Shown piece by piece: positions 8,573-15,997 of a DNA stretch of 64,000 nucleotides (position 1 is its first letter; each line of letters starts with the position of its first letter). This stretch comes from SAR324 cluster bacterium (GTDB lineage Bacteria; SAR324; NAC60-12), in assembly GCA_015231885.1 (NCBI GenBank), contig JADGAT010000014.1, positions 1,349-65,348 on the forward strand, read 5' to 3'. Under the pieces are notes generated by a model that saw only the letters and a list, made by a program, of their open reading frames with translations, had not been told where the DNA came from and did no database searches. The translations under genes were made by a program, and so were the position numbers.

Positions 8573-9493
8573 TCAATAATCCACTTCTGAGCCTTCAAGG
8601 CGGCGGTCACGACCGGTCAGTGTTTCAAAATAACACATTTCTCGCAGACGAGAATAAATTCGCTCTCCCACTCGTCTACGCAAGGTATCGGCAGTAAATT
8701 TATCTTCTCCTGTTTTATCTTTAGTTAATAAACGTTCCTTGATAGTTGTTGATTCTCTTTCTGTGTAATTGGAAGTGACCATGATGGGCTTGTTGCTATT
8801 GTAGCGTTGGGAGATGAGAGTGTCTAAAACACTCAATTCCCATTCGGTGTTACGGCCCTTGCCCAAATCATCAATGATGAGTAATTCTGCTGCTAAGTGT
8901 GGTGCAATGATTTCCATTTCAGATTTTTGGGAAGAAAAACCATTTTTGATTTCAGACAACAGTTCGGAGAATCCTTGAAACATGCAGGACACCCCAAGGT
9001 TGATCGTACATTGATAAGCAAAGCCTGCCATCAGATACGTTTTGCCAGTCCCGGGTGAGCCCATCAAAACAAGTCCTTTTGAATCGATGGTTTGGCGACG
9101 TATTTCGGTAGGAGAAGGTGTTGATTTTTTATTTTTTGCATAATTTCGCACAATAGTCGTCAACAAGTTATAAACGCGTTGATTTTCTTTGTCACGATCG
9201 GAGCGAGGGAGTTTACTGGGTGCGTAATTATTGGGAACCCGTGCATTGTTATACAATTTAATATTGCGTTTCCGCACTTCACACTCTGGGCATGGCATGG
9301 CAATATCACGCCCCTGACTATCTTGCTCCAGCTTAAAACGGGCACCATGGCACACTCCACAAGGGACGGGAAAACATGAGCAAAGAGCTGCCTGAGCGTA
9401 TGCACCGGACATGGCTTCAATTACGATGTAAGTATCATCGCAATAGCGGCATTTTTGTGACGGTACTTTTTTTATTTTTGTACTCATTGTCAT
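8573..9493 (-). CDS. DnaC/IstB-like AAA+ ATPase with Cys-rich zinc-binding N-terminus
   Basis: Walker A GSPGTGKT, Walker B LLIIDDLG, 'RYNSNKPIMVTSN' and 'GERIYSRLREMC'; N-terminal CRYC, CSC, CGVC and CPEC. Confidence 0.85.
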   Translation of the reverse strand: MTMSTKIKKVPSQKCRYCDDTYIVIEAMSGAYAQAALCSCFPVPCGVCHGARFKLEQDSQGRDIAMPCPECEVRKRNIKLYNNARVPNNYAPSKLPRSDRDKENQRVYNLLTTIVRNYAKNKKSTPSPTEIRRQTIDSKGLVLMGSPGTGKTYLMAGFAYQCTINLGVSCMFQGFSELLSEIKNGFSSQKSEMEIIAPHLAAELLIIDDLGKGRNTEWELSVLDTLISQRYNSNKPIMVTSNYTERESTTIKERLLTKDKTGEDKFTADTLRRRVGERIYSRLREMCYFETLTGRDRRLEGSEVDY

Positions 9494-9530
9494 ATTTTTT
9501 AATTTTGACCATAACTAAAGGGAAACATCC

Positions 9531-10607
9531 ATGACTCTGGATTCCAATACAGTATCACAATATCCATTGCCTGCTCTTAAAAATGATTTACTTTTACGCA
9601 CCATCAATCGCCTTCCTATCACCAGAGTTCCTATTTGGATGATGCGCCAGGCCGGTCGTACAGATCCTCTATATAGGCAACTCAGAGAACAGGCTGGGCA
9701 AACGTTAGAGGATCTTTTCCAAAATGTGGAACATTCCATTGAAATTTCCTTACTGCCCAAACGATTGGGGGTGGATGCCATCATCATCTTTCAAGATATT
9801 TTGACGCCTCTAACGCCAATGGGAGCAATGTTTCATTTCAGACCAGGGCCTGTGCTGGAATCTCCTATCCAAAGTAAAGAAAAAGTCGAGGCCTTACGCC
9901 CGATCGACCCTGTTTCCGACTTGCCCGTTGTTGGAGCGATCATTAAGGGAGTCAGGAAACAGTTGAATCAGGAACTTCCCGTTCTCGGGTTTGCAGGTTC
10001 TCCAATGACTCTCGCTTTTTTTATGATACCCGGAAGAAGTCCTGCAGGAGACTATAGCACGATCTTCTGTTTCATTGAAGAACAACCTGCACTCTTTCAA
10101 CAATTATTGGATACTTTGACCACCATGACCATTGACTATTTGAATTATCAAATCGAGTCAGGGGTTCATGCCGTCCAATTATTTGAATCTTTTGGAGAAA
10201 TCATTCCACGAGCAATTTATGAACGCTTTGTGCAACCATCTCATGAAAAAATTTTTTCTGCTTTACACTCCAAGACGCCTTCGATTCTTTTTGTCAAAGA
10301 GAGCAATTACCTGGATTTGATGGTAAAAACCGGAGCCACTGTTTTGAGTGTCGGGAAATGTGTGAATCTACAAGATGCCAAAGCACAAACTCCAGATTAT
10401 ATTATTTTTCAAGGAAATGTGGACAACCGAACCTTACTGGAAGGAGATAAGGAACAAATCACAGCAGCAGTGAAAGCCTGCTTTGCCGAAAGCAATAAGG
10501 AGAGGCATATACTCAATCTCAATCATGGACTGCTTGCAGATACCCCTTTTGAAAATGTGCAGCACTTTGTGAAAATTGCAAAGCAGTTAGGCACCGTAGA
10601 AAAATAA
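9531..10607 (+). CDS. hemE: Uroporphyrinogen decarboxylase
   Basis: PIWMMRQAGR, DAIIIFQDIL, LGFAGSP, QLFES, QGNVD, ILNLNHG. Confidence 0.95.
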   Translation: MTLDSNTVSQYPLPALKNDLLLRTINRLPITRVPIWMMRQAGRTDPLYRQLREQAGQTLEDLFQNVEHSIEISLLPKRLGVDAIIIFQDILTPLTPMGAMFHFRPGPVLESPIQSKEKVEALRPIDPVSDLPVVGAIIKGVRKQLNQELPVLGFAGSPMTLAFFMIPGRSPAGDYSTIFCFIEEQPALFQQLLDTLTTMTIDYLNYQIESGVHAVQLFESFGEIIPRAIYERFVQPSHEKIFSALHSKTPSILFVKESNYLDLMVKTGATVLSVGKCVNLQDAKAQTPDYIIFQGNVDNRTLLEGDKEQITAAVKACFAESNKERHILNLNHGLLADTPFENVQHFVKIAKQLGTVEK

Positions 10608-10615
10608 AACATCGA

Positions 10616-11524
10616 TTACGAAGATATAATGTCGTCTATATCCTCAATCCACTCATCTATTTTTTCAATAGCATGGGTCCGCTGTTCTGGTGTTAAAATC
10701 TGATCAATCGATAACATCATTCGTTTGACGGCTTCTTTCTGTTTTTCAATCATTTGCTGATAATGCGGAGGGTAGGACTGATCCACATCTAAAAACCAAG
10801 CCGCCAGTTGCGTTTCAATTGCTTTGGCGCTACTCCCAGACCGCAAGAGTTCAAGGAATTCTTTTTGGCGTATTTTTCGGATTTTGATCCGTTCTGTGAA
10901 TGTTTCAGGTAATTGACGGCTTAGTTGAGAGATTTTTTCTTGTTGATTAGCAGAAAGCTGACCAAACCAATCTTCCGAAAATTCCAATGTCCTATCCACA
11001 CGCCTTTGTCTCCGTTCTTCCTGTGGAAGCTTAACTCGCTCCAAGGCCGACTCGTTGAACTCCATGAGCTGTGTCTCAAAAAATTCAATCTGCTCTTGCG
11101 TTAAACCTGCCAAAAAAACAGATGTATCGGTGAGCAGTCGTTGGACTAGATTTTTGCGGAGATACTCTATCTTCGTAAAACACCATTCTATTTCTTCAGG
11201 CTCCAGTCCATCCTGTCCTTTTTGCTTAAATTCTTTCAAAAGTACAGAATATTTATGCAGTTCATTTTGTTTATGCCAAGTTAGATGCCGTTGAACCTTC
11301 TCTTCTAAGAGTGTTTTTTGCTCAGCACTCAAGTCAAAATAATCATCAACCGCCCACAAAGCAATCCAATCGGCATACTGATAAGCTATTTTTAGTGTGC
11401 AGCCAGTCAAAAGCAATACACTAAAAAAAACAACCCACCATCTTCTTGGAATGATGATTGTGCGAATAGGTAGAAGCTCAAACCATAATATTGGGATTTT
11501 GTCTGCCAATTTTTTCCAAGGCAT
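10616..11524 (-). CDS. DUF6279-family lipoprotein (start uncertain)
   Basis: Lipobox LLTGC followed by TLKIAYQYADWIALWAVDDYFDL, and C-terminal ILTPEQRTHA. Confidence 0.7.
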   Translation of the reverse strand: MPWKKLADKIPILWFELLPIRTIIIPRRWWVVFFSVLLLTGCTLKIAYQYADWIALWAVDDYFDLSAEQKTLLEEKVQRHLTWHKQNELHKYSVLLKEFKQKGQDGLEPEEIEWCFTKIEYLRKNLVQRLLTDTSVFLAGLTQEQIEFFETQLMEFNESALERVKLPQEERRQRRVDRTLEFSEDWFGQLSANQQEKISQLSRQLPETFTERIKIRKIRQKEFLELLRSGSSAKAIETQLAAWFLDVDQSYPPHYQQMIEKQKEAVKRMMLSIDQILTPEQRTHAIEKIDEWIEDIDDIISS

Positions 11525-13232
11525 ATTGTAATACATACTCATCTTCAATTTCAACTTTCATGATTTCCAGGCCATATTCCCAAAGTTTTTGCTGATCGGA
11601 AGTTTTATGCTCACGGGCCCAGCGAATTTGGCAAACTGTGTCTAACGTATTGACCTGTAGATATTTTTGGATCGGAGTGTCGCCCACTTTTATTGCTAAT
11701 TTGACCATTTGTCCAATTGGTAATTCGTTGGAAGACTCAAGTTTCAGTCCTGTTGCTGAAATATCTTGTACAGTCCCAGTCAAGTGTTGCCAAAGATTAT
11801 CTTCTTGTTCAACGGAAATAGGAGAAACATCAGAAGTGGTTACAAACATATAACGGTTTGAACGTCTGGAAAGAATATAATCCATCAAGCCTTCTATTTC
11901 TTTGATCACATTATCCCAATAAGGATTATTAGCAGGCAGAGGATATTTTTGAAAATACTGGCATCGTTTGATGTAGCTCAAAGACACTCCATCTTCTGGC
12001 AGAATCTGCAGACATTGGATGAATTGATCCAGTGCGCCTTTGAAGTTCCGTTCATTGTAAAATTGGATTCCTCTGGAAAGAGACGGCTGAATATCCTGTT
12101 TTTTTTGTTTCAACTCCTGTGGATCGCTATCAAAAACTTCATAAATCACGACCGGTTCTGATCTCCCGCGGACTTTCACAACATCTACTTCGCGGATATC
12201 GTATTGATCGGGAGTGAGAGCTGCGTAAGTATGGTGAGAAATTAAAATATCCACTTGAAAACGTTTGGTAAGTCCTTCCAGGCGTGAAGACAAATTCACA
12301 TGATCCCCAATGACTGTGGATGTTACCCGACTGGGGGTGCCCAGGGTTCCTACCATTACGGGTCCTGTATCAATGCCTATTCCCAGATGAATTGCAGGCA
12401 GCTCCTGTTGTCTGCGCCCCTTATTATAGGAATTGAGAAGTGTTTGTATATCAATTGCTGCCTGGACAACATGGTCTGCTGATTGTTTACCGTCAAACAA
12501 TGCCATGATGGCATCCCCAATAAATTTATCAATGAAACCATGATTGTTCCTGATGGCAGGTTCCAAGTGAGTAAACAATTGATTGAGAAAATCGAAATTT
12601 TCCTGGGGTGACATTTTTTCTACGTGAGTGGTGTAAGAACGGATATCTGCAAAAAGAATAGAAAGAGGTTCTTCTTTACCCACCCCGACCTGAAAAGAAT
12701 CCGACTGCCAAGATAATATTTTTTGCAGAAATTGTTCAGGAACAAACCGCTTAAAATCTTGATTTAGCTGTTCGAGTTTGGAATATGAATCATTCAAGTG
12801 TTCATTGGCATCCCGTAATTCCAGAGTTCTCTCCTCTACTCTTTTTTCAAGTGCATCTTTTGCATCTTTTGCGGTAAGTGCTGTTTTCACGCGAGCTTTT
12901 AAAATCAGCTCACTGATAGGCTTTGTGATAAAATCAACTGCGCCAAGTTCAAAGCATTTTGCCAACAGCTGGTCACTGGTTTCACCCGTTAGCATGATCA
13001 CGGGCACTTTAGAATAATCAGGATGAGCCTTGAGTTGCTTCAATAGCATAATACCATCGGTTCCCGGCATATTGACATCCATTAAAAATAGATCAAATGT
13101 CTCGACTTTCAACTTGGGAAATAAAAACTCCGGCTTTGTGATAAAACCAGACACATAGCCTTGGGTACTGAGCAATGCTCTCACTTGTTGTACTACTTGT
13201 GGGTCATCATCAATAATTAATAGCTTTGCCAT
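11478..13232 (-). CDS. Response-regulator class III adenylate cyclase with TPR-like segment and C-terminal PilZ domain
   Basis: REC (IIDDD, MDVNMP, KP); cyclase ILFADIRSYT, DKFIGDAIMALF, TVIGDHVNLSSRLE; PilZ motifs RRSNR and DISATG. Confidence 0.88.
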   Translation of the reverse strand: MAKLLIIDDDPQVVQQVRALLSTQGYVSGFITKPEFLFPKLKVETFDLFLMDVNMPGTDGIMLLKQLKAHPDYSKVPVIMLTGETSDQLLAKCFELGAVDFITKPISELILKARVKTALTAKDAKDALEKRVEERTLELRDANEHLNDSYSKLEQLNQDFKRFVPEQFLQKILSWQSDSFQVGVGKEEPLSILFADIRSYTTHVEKMSPQENFDFLNQLFTHLEPAIRNNHGFIDKFIGDAIMALFDGKQSADHVVQAAIDIQTLLNSYNKGRRQQELPAIHLGIGIDTGPVMVGTLGTPSRVTSTVIGDHVNLSSRLEGLTKRFQVDILISHHTYAALTPDQYDIREVDVVKVRGRSEPVVIYEVFDSDPQELKQKKQDIQPSLSRGIQFYNERNFKGALDQFIQCLQILPEDGVSLSYIKRCQYFQKYPLPANNPYWDNVIKEIEGLMDYILSRRSNRYMFVTTSDVSPISVEQEDNLWQHLTGTVQDISATGLKLESSNELPIGQMVKLAIKVGDTPIQKYLQVNTLDTVCQIRWAREHKTSDQQKLWEYGLEIMKVEIEDEYVLQYALEKIGRQNPNIMV

Positions 13233-13413
13233 AACAAACCCATTGTGTTAAAAAATTCAATTTTATGAAAGCGCATTTTCTGTTTGGAAGCAATCATATT
13301 TTATCATCTTTTCAATTTTCTCTTCATCTCCTGCATAAGCTACTGCTTCAATTTTATTTTATAGCAAAGAAAAGAAAAAATTTCTTCATTATGTTTTTTC
13401 TATCAAAAAATTA

Positions 13414-13442
13414 TTGACAATTCTCGTATTTTGTTTTTAAAT
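13414..13442 (+). promoter_or_regulatory. Candidate sigma70 promoter for the small ORF at 13510
   Basis: Perfect -35 TTGACA (13414-13419), 17-nt spacer, weak -10 TTAAAT (13437-13442). Confidence 0.45.
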
Positions 13443-13468
13443 AGCACCATATTAGTGCTATTTAAAAA
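13434..13468. promoter_or_regulatory. Perfect 14-bp inverted repeat operator with NtrC/Fis-family-like core
   Basis: TTTTTAAATAGCAC-catatta-GTGCTATTTAAAAA; the core AGCACCATATTAGTGCT resembles the NtrC consensus TGCACCA-N3-TGGTGCA. Confidence 0.6.
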
Positions 13469-13509
13469 CGAATGAAATCAGCTTGAGTCCTATTTAAAAA
13501 GGAGGTTTT

Positions 13510-13695
13510 ATGAGGAAAGCAGTTGCTGGCCCTCCAATTACGAGAGGAGTGATTGAAACGGCTATCAGAAGTTACGTTGCTAAAGGTGGGAAAATCACTA
13601 TGCTGCCACCTCAATCTGTTACAACCAGGACAGTAATTGGGGGAGATATGTGGGCGGCCTATGAGAGTGCAGACTCTTGCTTGTTTATTTCGTGA
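13510..13695 (+). CDS. 61-aa small protein, SutA RNAP-binding-domain-like
   Basis: Strong SD (AAAAGGAGGT) 4 nt before ATG; IETAIRSYVAKGGKITMLPP resembles the 'AxxxFLxxGGxIxxLP' motif. Confidence 0.7.
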   Translation: MRKAVAGPPITRGVIETAIRSYVAKGGKITMLPPQSVTTRTVIGGDMWAAYESADSCLFIS

Positions 13696-13759
13696 TCACA
13701 CCCTCCAGGTGGAAGACTGCATCGGCACACTGTTCTTAAAAAGAGCGTCCTTCCGTAAT

Positions 13760-13782
13760 GCATCAGGGGCATTAGCTGATGC
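13760..13782. terminator. Hairpin between convergent genes (possible terminator)
   Basis: GCATCAG-gggcattag-CTGATGC, a 7-bp stem with only a weak U tract. Confidence 0.35.
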
Positions 13783-13797
13783 GGTTTCCATGCAGCT

Positions 13798-14142
13798 TTA
13801 TACATCATTAAAGCTATTCAATGCGGCTTCCTCTGTGGAGTAAAATGGGATCATCCGATCCAAACCAGCCATCTGTAATATTTGAAAAATGCTCGCCTCT
13901 GCCTCACATACAACCAGTTGAACCCTCTGTTTTTCAAATTCTCGAAACAGAAATATGATGATTCCAATTCCAGTAGAATCAATGAAGGACACCTTGCCAA
14001 GATGGAGAACAACCCCTTTAAGCATATCATATTTGAGTAATGACTGAGAATATACTTTTACCTTTGAAACGGTATGATGTACCAGTTTTCCTTGAATAGA
14101 CACGGTGCAGATATTATTTTCAACAAGATGCTCCAATTCCAT
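13798..14142 (-). CDS. STAS-domain anti-sigma factor antagonist
   Basis: VVLHLGKVSFIDSTGIG (phosphorylatable Ser motif), ILQMAGLD; 114 aa. Confidence 0.9.
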   Translation of the reverse strand: MELEHLVENNICTVSIQGKLVHHTVSKVKVYSQSLLKYDMLKGVVLHLGKVSFIDSTGIGIIIFLFREFEKQRVQLVVCEAEASIFQILQMAGLDRMIPFYSTEEAALNSFNDV

Positions 14143-14363
14143 GTTTTTCCTTTTTAGTCAGTTTATATTTTTTGTTGCAGCTTTCGCAATTCTATGGAAA
14201 ATCAGTGAGTATTAAGTAGAAAGAAAGACCATGAGTAACATCTTTTAAACGAGAATTTTCTGGAAGTTTCTAATAGGAATATACACTTGAGATTGATTAT
14301 TAGCAATGATATCTCACTTTTTTTTCTGTTCACAGTTTCACACAAGACGCATATCAAGAAAAT

Positions 14364-15491
14364 ATGAAAGAAGGATTCCAGTTTAGAGACGTATTCAATG
14401 CCACAGTCGTTCAGGATCTGGCAGAACAAATTCACAAAACATGGCCTGAATTTGCAAAAAATGATTTTACAGACTCCATTACAGCACGATTGGAGCAATT
14501 TAGTTTTGGAGGCCGCAATCAATTGATTGCAGAACAGTTAAAAGTCTATCTACCCGATGATTTTCCCAAAGCAGCAGAAATTTTGGTTCGCTCATTGGGG
14601 CCAGAACTGCCGCAAAAGGAATTAACAGGGTTTGATGGTTTTATGATCATGCCCCAATGTAAGTTCATCAGCCAAAATGGATTGGAGTACTTTGACATTT
14701 CCATCAACGCTCTCTATGAAATGACAAAACGCTTTTCTGCAGAAGGAGACATTCGCCTGTTTATCAAGAAATACCCTGAAAAAACAATGAAGCTGCTGCA
14801 TCAATGGACAAACGATGCTAACTGCCATGTCCGGCGTTTGGTTTCAGAAGGCACGCGCCCCCGATTACCACTATACTCTCCATTGCCTCAGTTTAAAAAA
14901 GACCCAGTGCCTGTCATTGAGCTGCTGGAAAAATTAAAGCAGGATCCTGAATTGTATGTTAGACGCTCTGTTGCCAACAATCTCAATGACATTGCCAAAG
15001 ACAACCCCCATATTGTGGTAGAAACATTAAAGGCATGGTCTACCATTCAGGAGGAAGGAACCCATTGGATAATACGCCATGCTTCCAGATCACTTGTTAA
15101 ATATGGAAATAAAGAGATGTTGTCCCTGCTTGGCTATCCCGGCAACCCAAAAATCTCTGTCCATCACCTCCATATACACCACCCAACCATCAAAATTGGG
15201 GAAACACTGCAGTTCGATCTGGAAATACAATCCAGCGTAAAAAAAATGCAAAATTTAATGATTGATTATGCAATTCATTTTGTGAAAGCAAATGGCAAGC
15301 AAGTCCCTAAAGTTTTTAAGCTGGCCAAAAAAAAGATTAATAATTGCGAATCTCTAAAAATTTCTAAAAAACATTCTTTTAAACCAATCAGTACCAGAAA
15401 GTATTATCCTGGAGAGCATTTTCTGGAAATTATAATCAATGGAGACTCTTTGGGAACAACTACTTTTTTTCTGAAAGAACCCGTAAAATGA
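14364..15491 (+). CDS. DNA alkylation repair protein (HEAT-repeat, COG4335-like) with C-terminal beta domain
   Basis: MTKRFSAEGDIRLF, HVRRLVSEGTRPRLP, YVRRSVANNLNDIAKD, RKYYPGEH. Confidence 0.85.
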   Translation: MKEGFQFRDVFNATVVQDLAEQIHKTWPEFAKNDFTDSITARLEQFSFGGRNQLIAEQLKVYLPDDFPKAAEILVRSLGPELPQKELTGFDGFMIMPQCKFISQNGLEYFDISINALYEMTKRFSAEGDIRLFIKKYPEKTMKLLHQWTNDANCHVRRLVSEGTRPRLPLYSPLPQFKKDPVPVIELLEKLKQDPELYVRRSVANNLNDIAKDNPHIVVETLKAWSTIQEEGTHWIIRHASRSLVKYGNKEMLSLLGYPGNPKISVHHLHIHHPTIKIGETLQFDLEIQSSVKKMQNLMIDYAIHFVKANGKQVPKVFKLAKKKINNCESLKISKKHSFKPISTRKYYPGEHFLEIIINGDSLGTTTFFLKEPVK

Positions 15492-15928
15492 AAGAAATTG
15501 TATTTACTGTTGCTACTCCACAAGACCGTATCCCCATCGAACAATTATTGTCGAATGCAAAATTACCTTTTACCGATTTGATCACCCATCTTCCTCACTT
15601 CGTTGTTGGCAGGAAAAATAACGAAGTGATAGGAGTGATTGGGTTGGAAATTTTAGGTGAAATAGCACTGTTGCGCTCTTTGGCAGTAACCGGTTCTTAT
15701 CAGGGCAAGGGGCTCTCCCAAATACTTTACGAAAAAATTCTTGATCATGCCAAACTTCAACAAGTCAAAACACTTTATGTGCTGACGACTACAGCAGAGG
15801 ATTATTTTGATAAGCGTGGATTCTTGAAAATACAAAGGAGTGAGGCTCCCGAATCAATTAAGGCAACAAAACAATTCTCTGGGCTGTGTCCGGCCAGTGC
15901 TGTTTGTCTGGTGAAGGATATTCAATAG
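15488..15928 (+). CDS. GNAT N-acetyltransferase, ArsN2-like
   Basis: ALLRSLAV, YQGKGL, YVLTTTAEDYF..GF and terminal CPASA; ATGA overlap with the upstream gene. Confidence 0.8.
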   Translation: MKEIVFTVATPQDRIPIEQLLSNAKLPFTDLITHLPHFVVGRKNNEVIGVIGLEILGEIALLRSLAVTGSYQGKGLSQILYEKILDHAKLQQVKTLYVLTTTAEDYFDKRGFLKIQRSEAPESIKATKQFSGLCPASAVCLVKDIQ

Positions 15929-15939
15929 GGGAAGTAAAA

Positions 15940-15971
15940 GAATGGCTGGAACAAATTTGTTTCAGCCATTC
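15940..15971. terminator. Long hairpin, probable bidirectional terminator between convergent genes
   Basis: GAATGGCTGGAACAA-at-TTGTTTCAGCCATTC, ~15-bp stem with one G-T pair. Confidence 0.7.
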
Positions 15972-15997
15972 CAAACTAATAATTACATCTTCATTGT

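Noticed and set aside
8573-9493. IS21 element or prophage replication module
   Set aside because: No istA, terminal repeats, integrase or phage genes nearby.
922-13017. Similar plus-strand ORFs at 922-1170 and 12778-13017, and many other 60-180 aa ORFs overlapping real genes
   Set aside because: They are antisense or off-frame shadows of well-supported genes (the REC domains in this case).
13442-13460. CIRCE (HrcA) element because of the TAGCAC/GTGCTA half-sites
   Set aside because: CIRCE is TTAGCACTC-N9-GAGTGCTAA (13 nt between TAGCAC and GTGCTA). Here the spacing is 7 nt and the TC/GA bases are missing.
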